A stretch of 64,000 nucleotides of DNA from Pseudomonadales bacterium (lineage in GTDB: Bacteria > Pseudomonadota > Gammaproteobacteria > Pseudomonadales > UBA5518): positions 152,917 through 216,916 of the forward strand of contig JAJVIG010000016.1 in NCBI GenBank assembly GCA_022072145.1, in the 5' to 3' direction. The notes beneath the pieces were generated by a model. That model had not been told where the DNA came from. It worked only from the letters and a program-made list of their open reading frames with translations, and did not search any database. This document shows positions 14,454 to 24,339 of the stretch, in pieces. Numbering within the stretch: the first letter of the stretch is position 1; each line of letters begins with the position of its first letter. Both the position numbers and the translations under genes were made by a program.

Positions 14454-15416
14454 TCAGCGAGCCGCGGGCGCGGCGGACCCGGCGAGCAGTTGGCGGAAGA
14501 AACGCCGTGCGCCGCACGCGGTCCAGTTGTCGTGGTCCTCGCCGTAGGCCGTGCGCTCGTCGAAGCGCCACGCCGTCAGGCAGTTCCAGGTGAACAGGTT
14601 CGGGTTCAGGTGCAGTCCGATGCGGTTCAGGCACTCACCTTCGGCCCGCAGTTCGCGACCCAGCTCGTCACGCAATTCCAGCGCCACGCGCAACGGCGCG
14701 CCGCTCGCCGCGTCGCGCTCCAGCACCTGGCGCCGCCCGCCCGTGATGCGCGCGCAATGTCCGTCGCGCAACAGGTAACCGTGGATCCCGATGCACTCCC
14801 CGGGGGTGAACTCCATGGTGATCAGGTGGAAGCCGTGGCCGTCGTCGGCGGTCGCGTAGCTGTAGCCACCGTTCACGGCGCCTGTGCCGTGGATGTCGGC
14901 GCCGAACTGCGAGCGCGCGCTCCAGGAACGGTCGCGCATGCCGTAGGCATCGACCGCGATCGTTTCCCCGTCGATGCGGATCCAGCCGCGGTAGCGCCCG
15001 GCCTGTTCGTAGTGCCCGCCCTGCAGGTGATTGGGTGGCACGATCGCGGCGAAATCGAGCGCGAACTCGACCTCGTCGGCGTCGGGATCGCGGTAGCGCA
15101 GTTCGTAGCGTCGCAACGGCTCGGTGCAGCGGATCGACAAGCCGTTCGCGAGCTCGATGTGGTCCAGGTTCTGCGGCGGGATCGGCAGATGCCAGAAGTT
15201 CTTGCCGAACAGCACCGTGTGCGGCTGGTGCCCGCTCGGGTCCCACAACCAGACCGCGGCCGAGCAGACGCCCAGATTCGGCTGGAAGAAGGGATAGACC
15301 TGGCCGGAAAGGCGCCGCTCGGGCACCGCGAAGGTGAACCAGCAGGTCTCGGCCCAGTACGGGCTGTCGCTGGCCGGAGGATGGAACAGATCGTCGGGAT
15401 GGGTGAGTGTGTCCAT
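14454..15416 (-). CDS. hypothetical protein, distant paralogue of 50376..51554
   Basis: In-frame ATG 15416 (MDTLTHPDDLF...). Shares the motif block GWIRIDGETIAVDAYGMRDRSWSAR with GWIEVDGVRTVIDPDGWVCTRDHSWGVR of the other copy. The upstream 275 codons of the track ORF overlap the NMO gene and are not coding. Confidence 0.6.
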   Translation of the reverse strand: MDTLTHPDDLFHPPASDSPYWAETCWFTFAVPERRLSGQVYPFFQPNLGVCSAAVWLWDPSGHQPHTVLFGKNFWHLPIPPQNLDHIELANGLSIRCTEPLRRYELRYRDPDADEVEFALDFAAIVPPNHLQGGHYEQAGRYRGWIRIDGETIAVDAYGMRDRSWSARSQFGADIHGTGAVNGGYSYATADDGHGFHLITMEFTPGECIGIHGYLLRDGHCARITGGRRQVLERDAASGAPLRVALELRDELGRELRAEGECLNRIGLHLNPNLFTWNCLTAWRFDERTAYGEDHDNWTACGARRFFRQLLAGSAAPAAR

Positions 15417-15484
15417 CGGAGTTTCTCCATGCCGCCACGGGTACATGTCACGCGCCGGCGACGCCACGCCCGGGCAGCGCCGTT

Positions 15485-16618
15485 TCAGCCGAGACCGTCG
15501 GCGATCCCGCCGAGCGCCGCGGCGAACGCTTCGCGGAAATCGTTCACGATCGTGCGGCAGGAACGGACCTGCTTGATCAATCCGATGGCCTGTCCCGCCG
15601 GCGAGGTGACCAGTTCGCGTGCGCCTTCGTTGCCCGTGGCCAGTGAGCGGCTGATTCGCGTCAGCGCCTCGGTGGTTGCCATCGTCTGCAGCGGCATCGG
15701 CAGCGGATCGGGCGTATCGGCCGCGTCCCATGCCTCTGTGTACGGCGTCACCAGGTGGCGCGCCGGCTTGCCGGTGATGCAGCGTGTGCGCGCGGTCTGC
15801 TCGGATGCGGCGGCTACCAGCTTGTCGCGCACCACCGGAGGCAGTTCGGATTCCGCACTGGTCAGCCACACCGACCCGGTCCAGACGCCACTCGCGCCCA
15901 GCACCATCGCCGCCGCCATCTGCCTCCCGGTGGCGATGCCGCCGGCGGCCAGCACCGGCACCGGCGCCACTGCCTCGACGACCTGCGGCACCAGCACCAT
16001 GGTGGTGATCTCGCCGGTATGCCCGGCCGCCTCGTAGCCATTCGCCACGATCAGGTCGACGCCCGCTTCCTTCTGCTTCAGCGCGTGGCGCACGCTGCCG
16101 GCCAGCGCGCCGATCCGGATGCCCTTCGCACGCACCCGCTCGACCACATCGCGCGGCGGCACCCCGAGCGCGTTGACGAGCAGCGCGGGCGAGAACTCCA
16201 GCGCCACGTCCAGCTGGCGCCGTGCCACCTGTTCGGACCACGCCAGCTCCGCCGTGTCGCGCAACGTCGCCCCCCCGGCGAGCGGCGGTACGCCGAAGCG
16301 GTCACACAGATCGTTGGCGAAGCGGACGTGTCCCTCCGGGATCATCTGCCACAGATCGGCGGCACCGAACTCTTGCCGACCCTCGGCGTCGGCGCGAACG
16401 TATCGTTCGGGGATGACCAGATCGACCCCGTAGGGGCATCCGTCGAGATGGTCCTCGATCCAGCGCAACTCCTCGCGCAACTGGTCGGGCGTGTAGTGCA
16501 GCGCACCGAACACGCCCAGGCCGCCGGCCTTGCTCACCGCGACCACCACGTCGCGGCAATGGCTGAACGCGAACAGGGGGAAATCGATGCCGAAGGTGCT
16601 GGCGATGGCCGGTGTCAT
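15485..16618 (-). CDS. nitronate monooxygenase (NMO / 2-nitropropane dioxygenase) family FMN oxidoreductase
   Basis: 377 aa. FGIDFPLFAFSHC..., VSKAGGLGVFG, IVANGYEAAGHTG, LAAGGIATGRQMAAA. Confidence 0.8.
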   Translation of the reverse strand: MTPAIASTFGIDFPLFAFSHCRDVVVAVSKAGGLGVFGALHYTPDQLREELRWIEDHLDGCPYGVDLVIPERYVRADAEGRQEFGAADLWQMIPEGHVRFANDLCDRFGVPPLAGGATLRDTAELAWSEQVARRQLDVALEFSPALLVNALGVPPRDVVERVRAKGIRIGALAGSVRHALKQKEAGVDLIVANGYEAAGHTGEITTMVLVPQVVEAVAPVPVLAAGGIATGRQMAAAMVLGASGVWTGSVWLTSAESELPPVVRDKLVAAASEQTARTRCITGKPARHLVTPYTEAWDAADTPDPLPMPLQTMATTEALTRISRSLATGNEGARELVTSPAGQAIGLIKQVRSCRTIVNDFREAFAAALGGIADGLG

Positions 16619-16719
16619 GTGGATTTTCCGTGAGGTTCGGACGTCCCCAGTATGCCGCAGGCCAGTGCTTCGCGGGCCAACCTCAACGGATCGTCATGCG
16701 ACCACCGGACGGCCGGGAC

Positions 16720-17517
16720 TCAGGGGCGGATCTCGATCGGCGTGCCGTCGGGCACCACGCGCCAGATCTCGTCGATGTGCTCGTTGTTCAGGGCGATGCA
16801 ACCCTCGGTCCAGTCCCGCGCGCGGCGGCGCAGGATACGGCGGATCGCCGGGTCGTCGTGCTCGCCGTGGAGCATGACCATGCCGCCCGGCTTGACCCCG
16901 CGTTCCTCGGCACGCAGGCGGTCCTGCGGTCCCGGATACGAGATATGGATCGACTTGTAGTACCGGCTGCGCGGGTTGCGCCAGTCCAGCGTGTAGACCC
17001 CTTCCGGCGTGCGCAGGTCGCCTTCCTGCCGCTTGTGTCCGTTCGGCGCACCGCCGAGCATCACCGGGTACTCGCGGAACGGTTTGCCGTTGCGCAGCAC
17101 GTAGAGACGCCGCTTCGATTTCTCGACCAGCACGCGAACGTCGGCACGCCGCACCGTGGCCTTGGGTGCCGCACCGGGCTCGGCCGGCAGCAGCCCCAGG
17201 CGGCGCAGCACGTCGTAGGCCTCGCTGGATGCCTGGTTCCGCGCCGCAGGCCGCGGCACCGCATTCACGACGGTCTCGCTCACCGTGACGGCGACCCGCT
17301 CGCCGGCCGCGGGCGCCACCGGCTGCGGACCCGTGGCGGGCTGCCTCGCCTGTGACGCCGCCACCGGTTGCGTCTTCAGCAGCCCCAGCCGCTGCAACAC
17401 CCGGTACGAATCGCTGACGGTGTCCGGCGCCACCGCGACGTCGGCGCGCACGGGCAGGGCAAACAGCACCAGGGTGATCGATGCGCAGGCGAGGCGCGGC
17501 AAGGCGGATCCGTACAC
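16720..17517 (-). CDS. L,D-transpeptidase (YkuD domain), secreted
   Basis: GTG 17517 start with signal peptide (V)YGSALPRLACASITLVLFALPVRA. YkuD catalytic block VMLHGEHDD...WTEGCIAL. Confidence 0.8.
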   Translation of the reverse strand: MYGSALPRLACASITLVLFALPVRADVAVAPDTVSDSYRVLQRLGLLKTQPVAASQARQPATGPQPVAPAAGERVAVTVSETVVNAVPRPAARNQASSEAYDVLRRLGLLPAEPGAAPKATVRRADVRVLVEKSKRRLYVLRNGKPFREYPVMLGGAPNGHKRQEGDLRTPEGVYTLDWRNPRSRYYKSIHISYPGPQDRLRAEERGVKPGGMVMLHGEHDDPAIRRILRRRARDWTEGCIALNNEHIDEIWRVVPDGTPIEIRP

Positions 17518-17612
17518 GTGTCGTTGTTCCCTGGCTTCGCGGATGGCCGTCTGCGGGCAATTATAGTCAGGCAGGCTGCATATGCCAGCCCTGCCGGCGC
17601 GCCCCGAACCGC

Positions 17613-19220
17613 TCAGCGCACCGCCTCGAAGCCGGCCTTGCGCGCATCCCAGGCGCCAGGCCCCACCCCTGCCTCGCGCAGCTTGTATTTCTGCAGCTTC
17701 TGGTTCGGCGTGTACGGCAGATCGGTGACGAACTCGATATAGCGCGGCACGAAGAAATAGGGCGCGTTGTCGTTGATGAAGCGCGCGATGTCCTCCTCGC
17801 CGACCGTGGCGCCGGGCTTCAGCACCACGTTCAGCTTGATCTCGTCCTCGCTGGCGAGTTCCTCGCTGGGAATACCGAAGGCGCCGCAATCGGCGATGGC
17901 CGGATGCCGCCGCGCGACCATCTCGACCTCGAAGGTCGAGATGTTGCGGCCCTTGTAGCGCACCGCGTCCTTCTTGCGGTCGACGAAGAAATAGTTGTCG
18001 TCGGCGTCGCGGCGCAGCATGTCGCCGGTCTTGTACCACTCGCCGCTGAAGGCGTTGGCGGTCGCCTCGGGGTCGTCGAAATAACCGTTGAAGACCACGA
18101 ACGGACGCCGCGGCCGCAACCAGAGCTCGCCGGCCTCGCCGACCGGCACGTCGGCACCGGTGTCGTCGACCAGCCGCACATCGACCGCATCGACCGGGTT
18201 GCCGCAGCTGCCGGCGGGCCACGCCGAGCGCTGGCGCGTGTCCTGACGCACGATCATCATCGCCTCGCTCTGCGACATGCCCTGCCCCAGCACGCGCACG
18301 CCGAAGCGCCGCGCGAACGGTTCCCGGATCTCGGTGGGCATCGGCACCGCCTGCAGTTCGCGCATGGGATTGTCCGCATCGTCCGGCCGCTCCGGCGCCG
18401 CCCACAGGAACATGTGCATGGCGCCGATCGTGAACGACTGCGTCGCGCCGTAGAAGCGCACGCGGTCCCAGAACGAGGTGACCGAAAACGCCGGATCGAC
18501 CGCCAGCGTGATGCCGCAGAACAGCGTACGGAACAGCGAGGTCGCCCACGCGCCGGAGTTGTACATCGGCATCACGTTGTAGGCGACGTCGCCGGGCCGC
18601 GTGTCGTACATCGAGTCGCCCCCGAGCGCGGCCTCGAACCACACGTTGTGGCTCTGCATCACGCCCTTCGAGCGCCCTGTGGTGCCCGAAGTCCACAGCA
18701 CCGCGCTGACGTCGCCGTAGCCCAGCCCCGACAGGTCGGGCTCGGCCGTCGACGCCGCGAACAGGTCCGCGAAGGCGATCGCGCCGGGCAGGACCGCCGG
18801 ATCACCGAGCACCGCGATGCGCTCGACCACGAGTCCGTCGGCGACCGCCGCGACCCGCGCGGCATGCGCGTCGTCGGTGACCAGCAGCCGGGCACGGCCG
18901 CGGTTGATCGTATCCTGCAGCCAGCTGCCCTTGTAGTCGCTGTTCACCGGCACCCAGACCGCGCCGAGCTTGTTGACCGCGAGCACCAGGAACATCACCT
19001 CCGGCGCGCTGCCCAGGTAGAACACCACGCGATCGCCACGGCCGATGCCCAGCCGCCGCAGCCCCGCCGCCAGGCGGTTCACCTCGGCGTTGGTCTGCGC
19101 GAAGGTGTAGACGGTGCGGTCGAAAACGAGGAAGCGGGTATCGCCGTTGCGCTCGGCCTGCACGCGGATCGCGCGGCCGATGTGGCGTTCACGGACATCG
19201 TCGAATTCGAGTTTGTACAT
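17613..19220 (-). CDS. AMP-dependent acyl-CoA synthetase/ligase
   Basis: In-frame ATG 19220 (MYKLEFDDVRERH...). AMP-binding motif LWTSGTTGRSKGV. C-terminal GEWYKTGD...FFVDRKKD. Confidence 0.85.
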   Translation of the reverse strand: MYKLEFDDVRERHIGRAIRVQAERNGDTRFLVFDRTVYTFAQTNAEVNRLAAGLRRLGIGRGDRVVFYLGSAPEVMFLVLAVNKLGAVWVPVNSDYKGSWLQDTINRGRARLLVTDDAHAARVAAVADGLVVERIAVLGDPAVLPGAIAFADLFAASTAEPDLSGLGYGDVSAVLWTSGTTGRSKGVMQSHNVWFEAALGGDSMYDTRPGDVAYNVMPMYNSGAWATSLFRTLFCGITLAVDPAFSVTSFWDRVRFYGATQSFTIGAMHMFLWAAPERPDDADNPMRELQAVPMPTEIREPFARRFGVRVLGQGMSQSEAMMIVRQDTRQRSAWPAGSCGNPVDAVDVRLVDDTGADVPVGEAGELWLRPRRPFVVFNGYFDDPEATANAFSGEWYKTGDMLRRDADDNYFFVDRKKDAVRYKGRNISTFEVEMVARRHPAIADCGAFGIPSEELASEDEIKLNVVLKPGATVGEEDIARFINDNAPYFFVPRYIEFVTDLPYTPNQKLQKYKLREAGVGPGAWDARKAGFEAVR

Positions 19221-19358
19221 TCGGAGTGCTCCCTGGCCAGGCGAACAGATGCGTCGCCGACCCACAGCCCCCATGGTCCCGGCGCACGCGACGCGTCGAA
19301 GGGTCGCAGAGCCGCGACAGTGCTGACAAGTACACCGTTGCGACATCCCCACCACGAC

Positions 19359-19392
19359 ATGCAGATGATCGATTATATATCTGTCACTGCAT
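19359..19392. promoter_or_regulatory. AT-rich inverted repeat in the 329-nt leader of TonB receptor 1 (candidate operator)
   Basis: atgcagatga-N15(tcgattatatatctg)-tcactgcat. The arms are complementary except for one bulged A. It lies in the only AT-rich patch between the divergent genes. Confidence 0.3.
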
Positions 19393-19549
19393 GTGCGATT
19401 TCAATTTGCCGGGCCTGCAGTACGTCGATTACCTTGTGTTTAGCTTACGAATAAGTACATGCGCCCGCGGTTGCACTGCAGCCAGCAGGACGACCCGGCA
19501 GCGCAATCGACTTCCGCCGCATCACAACACCAACGCAGGGGAGTTCAGC

Positions 19550-22261
19550 ATGTCGATCATCGAAACATCCACCATCGGTTCGTCGCATCGCAACCGGCTG
19601 CTGCAGCAGGCCGTCGCCGGCGCGCTGTGCGCGCTCGCGGCCGGGGGGGCCGGCGCGCAGCAAGCGGCCACCACACCATCGGGACTCGAGGAAATCATCG
19701 TCACCGCGCAACGGCGCGAGGAAAACATCCAGAACGTCGCGATCGCCGTCACCGCCTTCGACGGCAACCGGCTGCGCGAGCAGAACATCGGCAGCGCCTT
19801 CGACATGCTGGGCAAGGTGCCGGGCCTGTCGATCACCAGCAACGGCACCCAGCGCAACGCCGAGGTGATCACGATCCGCGGCCAGGGCCAGACCTTCCTG
19901 GCGCCGGTCGGGGTCGCGAACTACTTCGCGGAAGTTCCGCTGATCCAGGCCGGCGTGACCGCGATCCAGGGCGGCATGGGGACCTTCTTCGACCTCGAGA
20001 ACCTGCAGGTGCTGCGCGGTCCGCAGGGCACCCTGTTCGGCCGCAACACCACCGGCGGCGCGGTGCTGCTGAACCCGCGCAAGCCGGGATCGGAGTTCGC
20101 GGGCTACGTGCAGGCGCAGGCCGGCAACTACGACGACCGCGAGTACGAGGCGGCGATCGACCTGCCGCTGATCGAGGACACGCTGATGGTGCGCATCGCG
20201 TACAAGGACGTCGCGCGCGACGGCTACACGCGCGACGTGGGCCCCGCAGCGTTCGGCTACAGCACGGTCTGCCAGCCGTCGACGGAGTTCCTGTGCGGCA
20301 CCTTCGCGCCCGCGACCCGCTCCCCTGGCTACGCCGGCAAGGACTACGACAACAAGGATTACTGGCATGCACGCATCGGCGTGCTGTGGCAACCCACCGA
20401 AGCGCTGCAGAACTACTTCGTGGCGTACCAGTCGAAGGCGCGCGACAACGGCACCGGCTTCGTGTTCGAGGACATCGGACCCGGCGACAACATCACCTCG
20501 CTGGCCGGCAACATCGGCTACGCACCGCTCACGACGGTGTTCGTAGGCAAGCTGTTCGATCGCACGGTGGCCGAGGCAATCCTCGCCAGATCCCTGCAAC
20601 TCGGCCCGCGCAGGACCGCGTTGAACGTGGACCAGTACACCGGGGTCGAGAGCGAGGCCTACGTCAACACCACCCGCTTCGAGCTCGGCGACAACCTGAG
20701 TGTCCGCAACATCCTGGGCTACCAGACCCAGACGACGAACTACGCCTGGGACCTCGACGGCACCATCATGCCGGTGCTCGACCAGTGGTCGCCGATCGGC
20801 GGCAGTGACGTGGTGGTCAACGGCGTCACCATCGGCAACGATCCGTTTTCCGAACCCGGCGAGCGGGGTGACATCTCGGATCAATCCTTGCTCACCGAGG
20901 AACTGCAACTCGTGGGCACCGCCTTCGACGAGCAGCTCGACTTCGTGACCGGCATCTACTACTCGCGCCAGAAGCCCGAAGGCTTCCAGGCGACCGGCTC
21001 GTTCAACGTGGCCCGCTACAGTTCCGGCGGCGGTTACGAGATCGAGACGACCAGCAAGGCCGTCTACGCCCAGGGCACGCTGCAGCTCGGCATGCTGTCT
21101 CCCGGGCTGTCGAAGTGGAAGGCCACGCTCGGCGTGCGCTACACCGAGGACGAGATCGACGGCGCCCGCTACTCGACCAACTTCTTCTCCGACCGGGTCT
21201 ACACGGCCTATCCGGACACGTACACCATCCCCGCAAGGACGGCGAAACTGAAGTCCGACGAACCGACCTGGACCGTCGGACTCGATTACCAGATGAACGA
21301 CAGCGTGATGATGTACGGCAAGGTCACGCACGGCTACAAGGCCGGCAACTTCATCTACTCGGCGGTGCGCCAGTACACGGTCGAACCCGAGTTCGTCACC
21401 AACTACGAGCTCGGCATGAAGAGCGACTTCGCGATCGGCGAGATGCCGGCACGCGTCAACGTCGCCCTGTTCCACGTCGACTACGAGGACATCCAGCGCG
21501 CGGCCGGCGACGTGAACTCGATCGGCAGCTTCCAGCCCGACGGCAACGACGTCGACGGTGACGGCAACCGCAGCGAGGTCGTCTGCATCGGCCGCAACGG
21601 AGAGAATTTCACGGCGAGCACCAGCTGCCTCGACCAGGGGGCGATCGTGTTCAATGCCGACAAGGCCCGGATGACCGGTATCGAACTCGAGGCGACGGTA
21701 CGCCCGATCGACAACCTGGACGTCTCGCTCGCGTACTCGTACATCGACTCGGAATACCGCAAGTTCGAGCTGCCGATCGCTCCCGACGGCATCCGCGGCG
21801 GCACCTACGTCGACTCCTGCGACGGGCCGGTGCTGGTGCCCGGCGTCACCGGCACCGCCAACGTCGCCGACCTGTCGTGCATCCCGTTCCAGAACACCCC
21901 GGAACACATCGCGGCGCTGAACGTGCGCTACACGCTGCCGCTCGACGCCAGCGTCGGCGAGGTGGTGCTGCTCGGCAGCCTGAACTACCAGGGCGAGTGG
22001 TACAACGGCGCCACGACCACGCCGAAGGACGACCCGGCGGCCGAGCAGGACGCGTTCCACGTGTTCAATGCCTCGGCCGAATGGAACGGGATCCTCGGCT
22101 CGGGCTTCGACCTGCGCGCCTTCGTCAACAACGTCAGCGACAAGACGTACCGGCTGAACTCCTACACCGGCCGCGTCGGCTCGCAGGGTTTCGTGACCGC
22201 CGTCTACGGCGAGCCGCGCATGTACGGTGTCTCGTTGCGCTACCGCTTCGGCGCGCAGTGA
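19550..22261 (+). CDS. TonB-dependent receptor (paralogue 1)
   Basis: In-frame ATG 19550. Signal peptide ...LAAGGAGAQQ, plug EEIIVTAQRREENIQNVAIAVTAFDG...LQVLRGPQGTLFGRNTTGGAVLL, C-terminal beta-signal YGVSLRYRF followed by GAQ. Confidence 0.9.
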   Translation: MSIIETSTIGSSHRNRLLQQAVAGALCALAAGGAGAQQAATTPSGLEEIIVTAQRREENIQNVAIAVTAFDGNRLREQNIGSAFDMLGKVPGLSITSNGTQRNAEVITIRGQGQTFLAPVGVANYFAEVPLIQAGVTAIQGGMGTFFDLENLQVLRGPQGTLFGRNTTGGAVLLNPRKPGSEFAGYVQAQAGNYDDREYEAAIDLPLIEDTLMVRIAYKDVARDGYTRDVGPAAFGYSTVCQPSTEFLCGTFAPATRSPGYAGKDYDNKDYWHARIGVLWQPTEALQNYFVAYQSKARDNGTGFVFEDIGPGDNITSLAGNIGYAPLTTVFVGKLFDRTVAEAILARSLQLGPRRTALNVDQYTGVESEAYVNTTRFELGDNLSVRNILGYQTQTTNYAWDLDGTIMPVLDQWSPIGGSDVVVNGVTIGNDPFSEPGERGDISDQSLLTEELQLVGTAFDEQLDFVTGIYYSRQKPEGFQATGSFNVARYSSGGGYEIETTSKAVYAQGTLQLGMLSPGLSKWKATLGVRYTEDEIDGARYSTNFFSDRVYTAYPDTYTIPARTAKLKSDEPTWTVGLDYQMNDSVMMYGKVTHGYKAGNFIYSAVRQYTVEPEFVTNYELGMKSDFAIGEMPARVNVALFHVDYEDIQRAAGDVNSIGSFQPDGNDVDGDGNRSEVVCIGRNGENFTASTSCLDQGAIVFNADKARMTGIELEATVRPIDNLDVSLAYSYIDSEYRKFELPIAPDGIRGGTYVDSCDGPVLVPGVTGTANVADLSCIPFQNTPEHIAALNVRYTLPLDASVGEVVLLGSLNYQGEWYNGATTTPKDDPAAEQDAFHVFNASAEWNGILGSGFDLRAFVNNVSDKTYRLNSYTGRVGSQGFVTAVYGEPRMYGVSLRYRFGAQ

Positions 22262-22286
22262 GGCCGTAGCACCGGACCCGCACGAC

Positions 22287-24161
22287 TCAGGGCGTGTACC
22301 AGATCGGCGAGCTGTAGGCACGCTCCTGGGTCGTCTGCGGGACGCTGGCCGGCATCCGGACAGCGAAGTACGCCTGGTCGTAGGCGGTCCAGCGCGGCGT
22401 CGGTATCTCCAGCACGCGCACGTAATAGAAGGCTCGCTGACGAGGGTCGAAGTCGGGATCGCGCCACACCGCCGACAGTTCGGCGGCGCCGATCGTGTTG
22501 CTCCAGGTGGCCCGTTCCACGTCCACCGTCGTTCCCACCGCGGGCAGCTTGCCGTCGCGCTCCGGCCGGCGGTCCCCGCTCCACGCCACGTCGTACACGT
22601 GCTCGCGGGTCCGGCCGTCGGCGTCGAGCCAGCCCTTCACGATCTGGATGCGATCGAGGTTGCCGCTCAGCGCATCGCGGGCCGCGGCGACCAGAAACAC
22701 CGGCGCCTTGCCGCGCGGCGCGGCCTCGAGGTCGGCGCCCATCGGCACGCCGTGCGCATAGCCGGCCGCAGCGATATCGGGCGAATTCTCGTCACCGGGC
22801 GCGAATTCGTAGCCTCCGAAGAAACGCAGCGCGATGCGCGGCCCGGTGGTCGCGTAGACCTCCTTGCGCTTCATCGCCGCGAAGATCTCTTCCCGCGTGT
22901 TGTCGCGCGCCCACACCGCCATGTAGCCGGAGGCGGCCATCTCGTACTCGCGGTAGGTGAATTCGGGGTGATCGGTATTCTCGGCCAGCGCCACGTTCCA
23001 GCGCTGCGCGGAGGCCTCGGACTTGGTGCTCTTGCCCCAGAAATTGTTCTCCTCCGCGGCGGCGAAGCCGGTGTGCGCGTCGGTGCTGCCGATCATCCCG
23101 AACTTGAACGGGTTGACGCCCAGCGACTGCTCCTGCTGCAGACCGATGCCGAGCGCCGAGCGCGCGTACATGTACGGCAACATCGCCGGTGTCTGCGCCC
23201 GCATGCCGCCCAGATTCACCTTGTCCCAGGTTTCGTAGTTCGCGAATTCGTCCGCGGGCGAGTTGAGCGGATGCGTTTCCGAGTCGCCCTTGTACTGGGT
23301 GACTTCCATCAGCGGCTCCCAGCGGATGCGCCGCTCGGCGTAGTCACGATCGATCGGCGCACCGCCGAGGTCGCGCGGCGCGAACATCAGGCCGCCGCTG
23401 ACGTTGCTGTTGTGCGGAATCGCGATCGCCTGTCCGCCCGTTTCGCCTTCGTAACGCGCGAGGTACGCCCACAGCTGTTCCGGGTCGCGGCTGTCGATCG
23501 AACTGAAGGGCACGACGCGCGCGGCCTTGTCGGCGCCGTCGCCGAAGACCACCACCCGGTGCAGGTTGTCGCCGTCGGGCATCGAGGTCCACTCGTAACC
23601 GATCAGCGCCGTGAAGCGCCCGGGCTCGTTGAAGCGCTCCGCGTTGTCGACCACCTGCCTCCAGACGGAGGCGCCGAATTCGGGATCCTCGATCAGGTCG
23701 CGGTTCTCCTGCAGCGACATGCCCCATTCGTAGAGGATCCTCATGCTGTGCCCGCTGCCCTGCTCGGCCATCAGGCCGGCCCAGCGCTTGCCGGTCTCGT
23801 TCGCGAGCAGGCGCTCATCGCCGGCGCGCAGTCCCGGGAACACGCCCAGATACTCCGCATGATCGGCCACCACCAGGAAATCCAGCGGTCGCGACAGGCG
23901 CACCGCCATGCCGTTGTGCGCGGTCACGGTGTCGCCACGCGCGAAACGGTACGCATCGCGCGGGGCGATCTCGCGGTTGCCGAAACTGCTCGCATCGGCC
24001 GACATGTTGGTGTGCAGGTGCGTATCGCCCCACAGCAGGCGTTCGGGAAACGTGCGGCCCGCGTACGGCGAGTAACTCGCGCCCTGCCCGCTCGCGTGGG
24101 CGGTCGGCCCCCATCCCGGCGCCAGCATGACCGCCGCGACGGCTGCAATGATCGTTCTCAT
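22287..24161 (-). CDS. DUF3604-family secreted protein (PHP-like metal site), paralogue A
   Basis: In-frame ATG 24161 with signal peptide MRTIIAAVAAVMLAPGWGPTAHA. LLWGDTHLHTNMSADA, VADHAEYLG, C-terminal FYYVRVLEIPTPRWTAYD...SSPIWY. Confidence 0.75.
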   Translation of the reverse strand: MRTIIAAVAAVMLAPGWGPTAHASGQGASYSPYAGRTFPERLLWGDTHLHTNMSADASSFGNREIAPRDAYRFARGDTVTAHNGMAVRLSRPLDFLVVADHAEYLGVFPGLRAGDERLLANETGKRWAGLMAEQGSGHSMRILYEWGMSLQENRDLIEDPEFGASVWRQVVDNAERFNEPGRFTALIGYEWTSMPDGDNLHRVVVFGDGADKAARVVPFSSIDSRDPEQLWAYLARYEGETGGQAIAIPHNSNVSGGLMFAPRDLGGAPIDRDYAERRIRWEPLMEVTQYKGDSETHPLNSPADEFANYETWDKVNLGGMRAQTPAMLPYMYARSALGIGLQQEQSLGVNPFKFGMIGSTDAHTGFAAAEENNFWGKSTKSEASAQRWNVALAENTDHPEFTYREYEMAASGYMAVWARDNTREEIFAAMKRKEVYATTGPRIALRFFGGYEFAPGDENSPDIAAAGYAHGVPMGADLEAAPRGKAPVFLVAAARDALSGNLDRIQIVKGWLDADGRTREHVYDVAWSGDRRPERDGKLPAVGTTVDVERATWSNTIGAAELSAVWRDPDFDPRQRAFYYVRVLEIPTPRWTAYDQAYFAVRMPASVPQTTQERAYSSPIWYTP

Positions 24162-24339
24162 GGCGTCACTCCCCGGATCGCATCGCGTGGCTGCCATGGT
24201 CGCAGCATCACGCGGGTGCGCGCAAACGCCCCGTGCATTCCTTCGGCCTGGGCCCGCTTCGCGACAGCGGCGTGTGGCTGCGCTACAGTTGGCCGTCCGG
24301 AACTCGTCATCAGGAACAACCGCACGAGGATCGTCCACG

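Noticed and set aside
15417-16241. Upstream 275 codons of track ORF 14454..16241
   Set aside because: They overlap the NMO gene in another frame with a G/A/R-rich composition. A good ATG (MDTLTHPDD...) lies at 15416.
17518-18696. Upstream part of track ORF 16720..18696
   Set aside because: It runs antisense through the acyl-CoA synthetase gene. The L,D-transpeptidase has a proper signal peptide starting at GTG 17517.
19445-22321. 958-aa minus-strand ORF
   Set aside because: It is antisense to TonB receptor 1. No motifs, and an R/A/G/V/D-rich composition.
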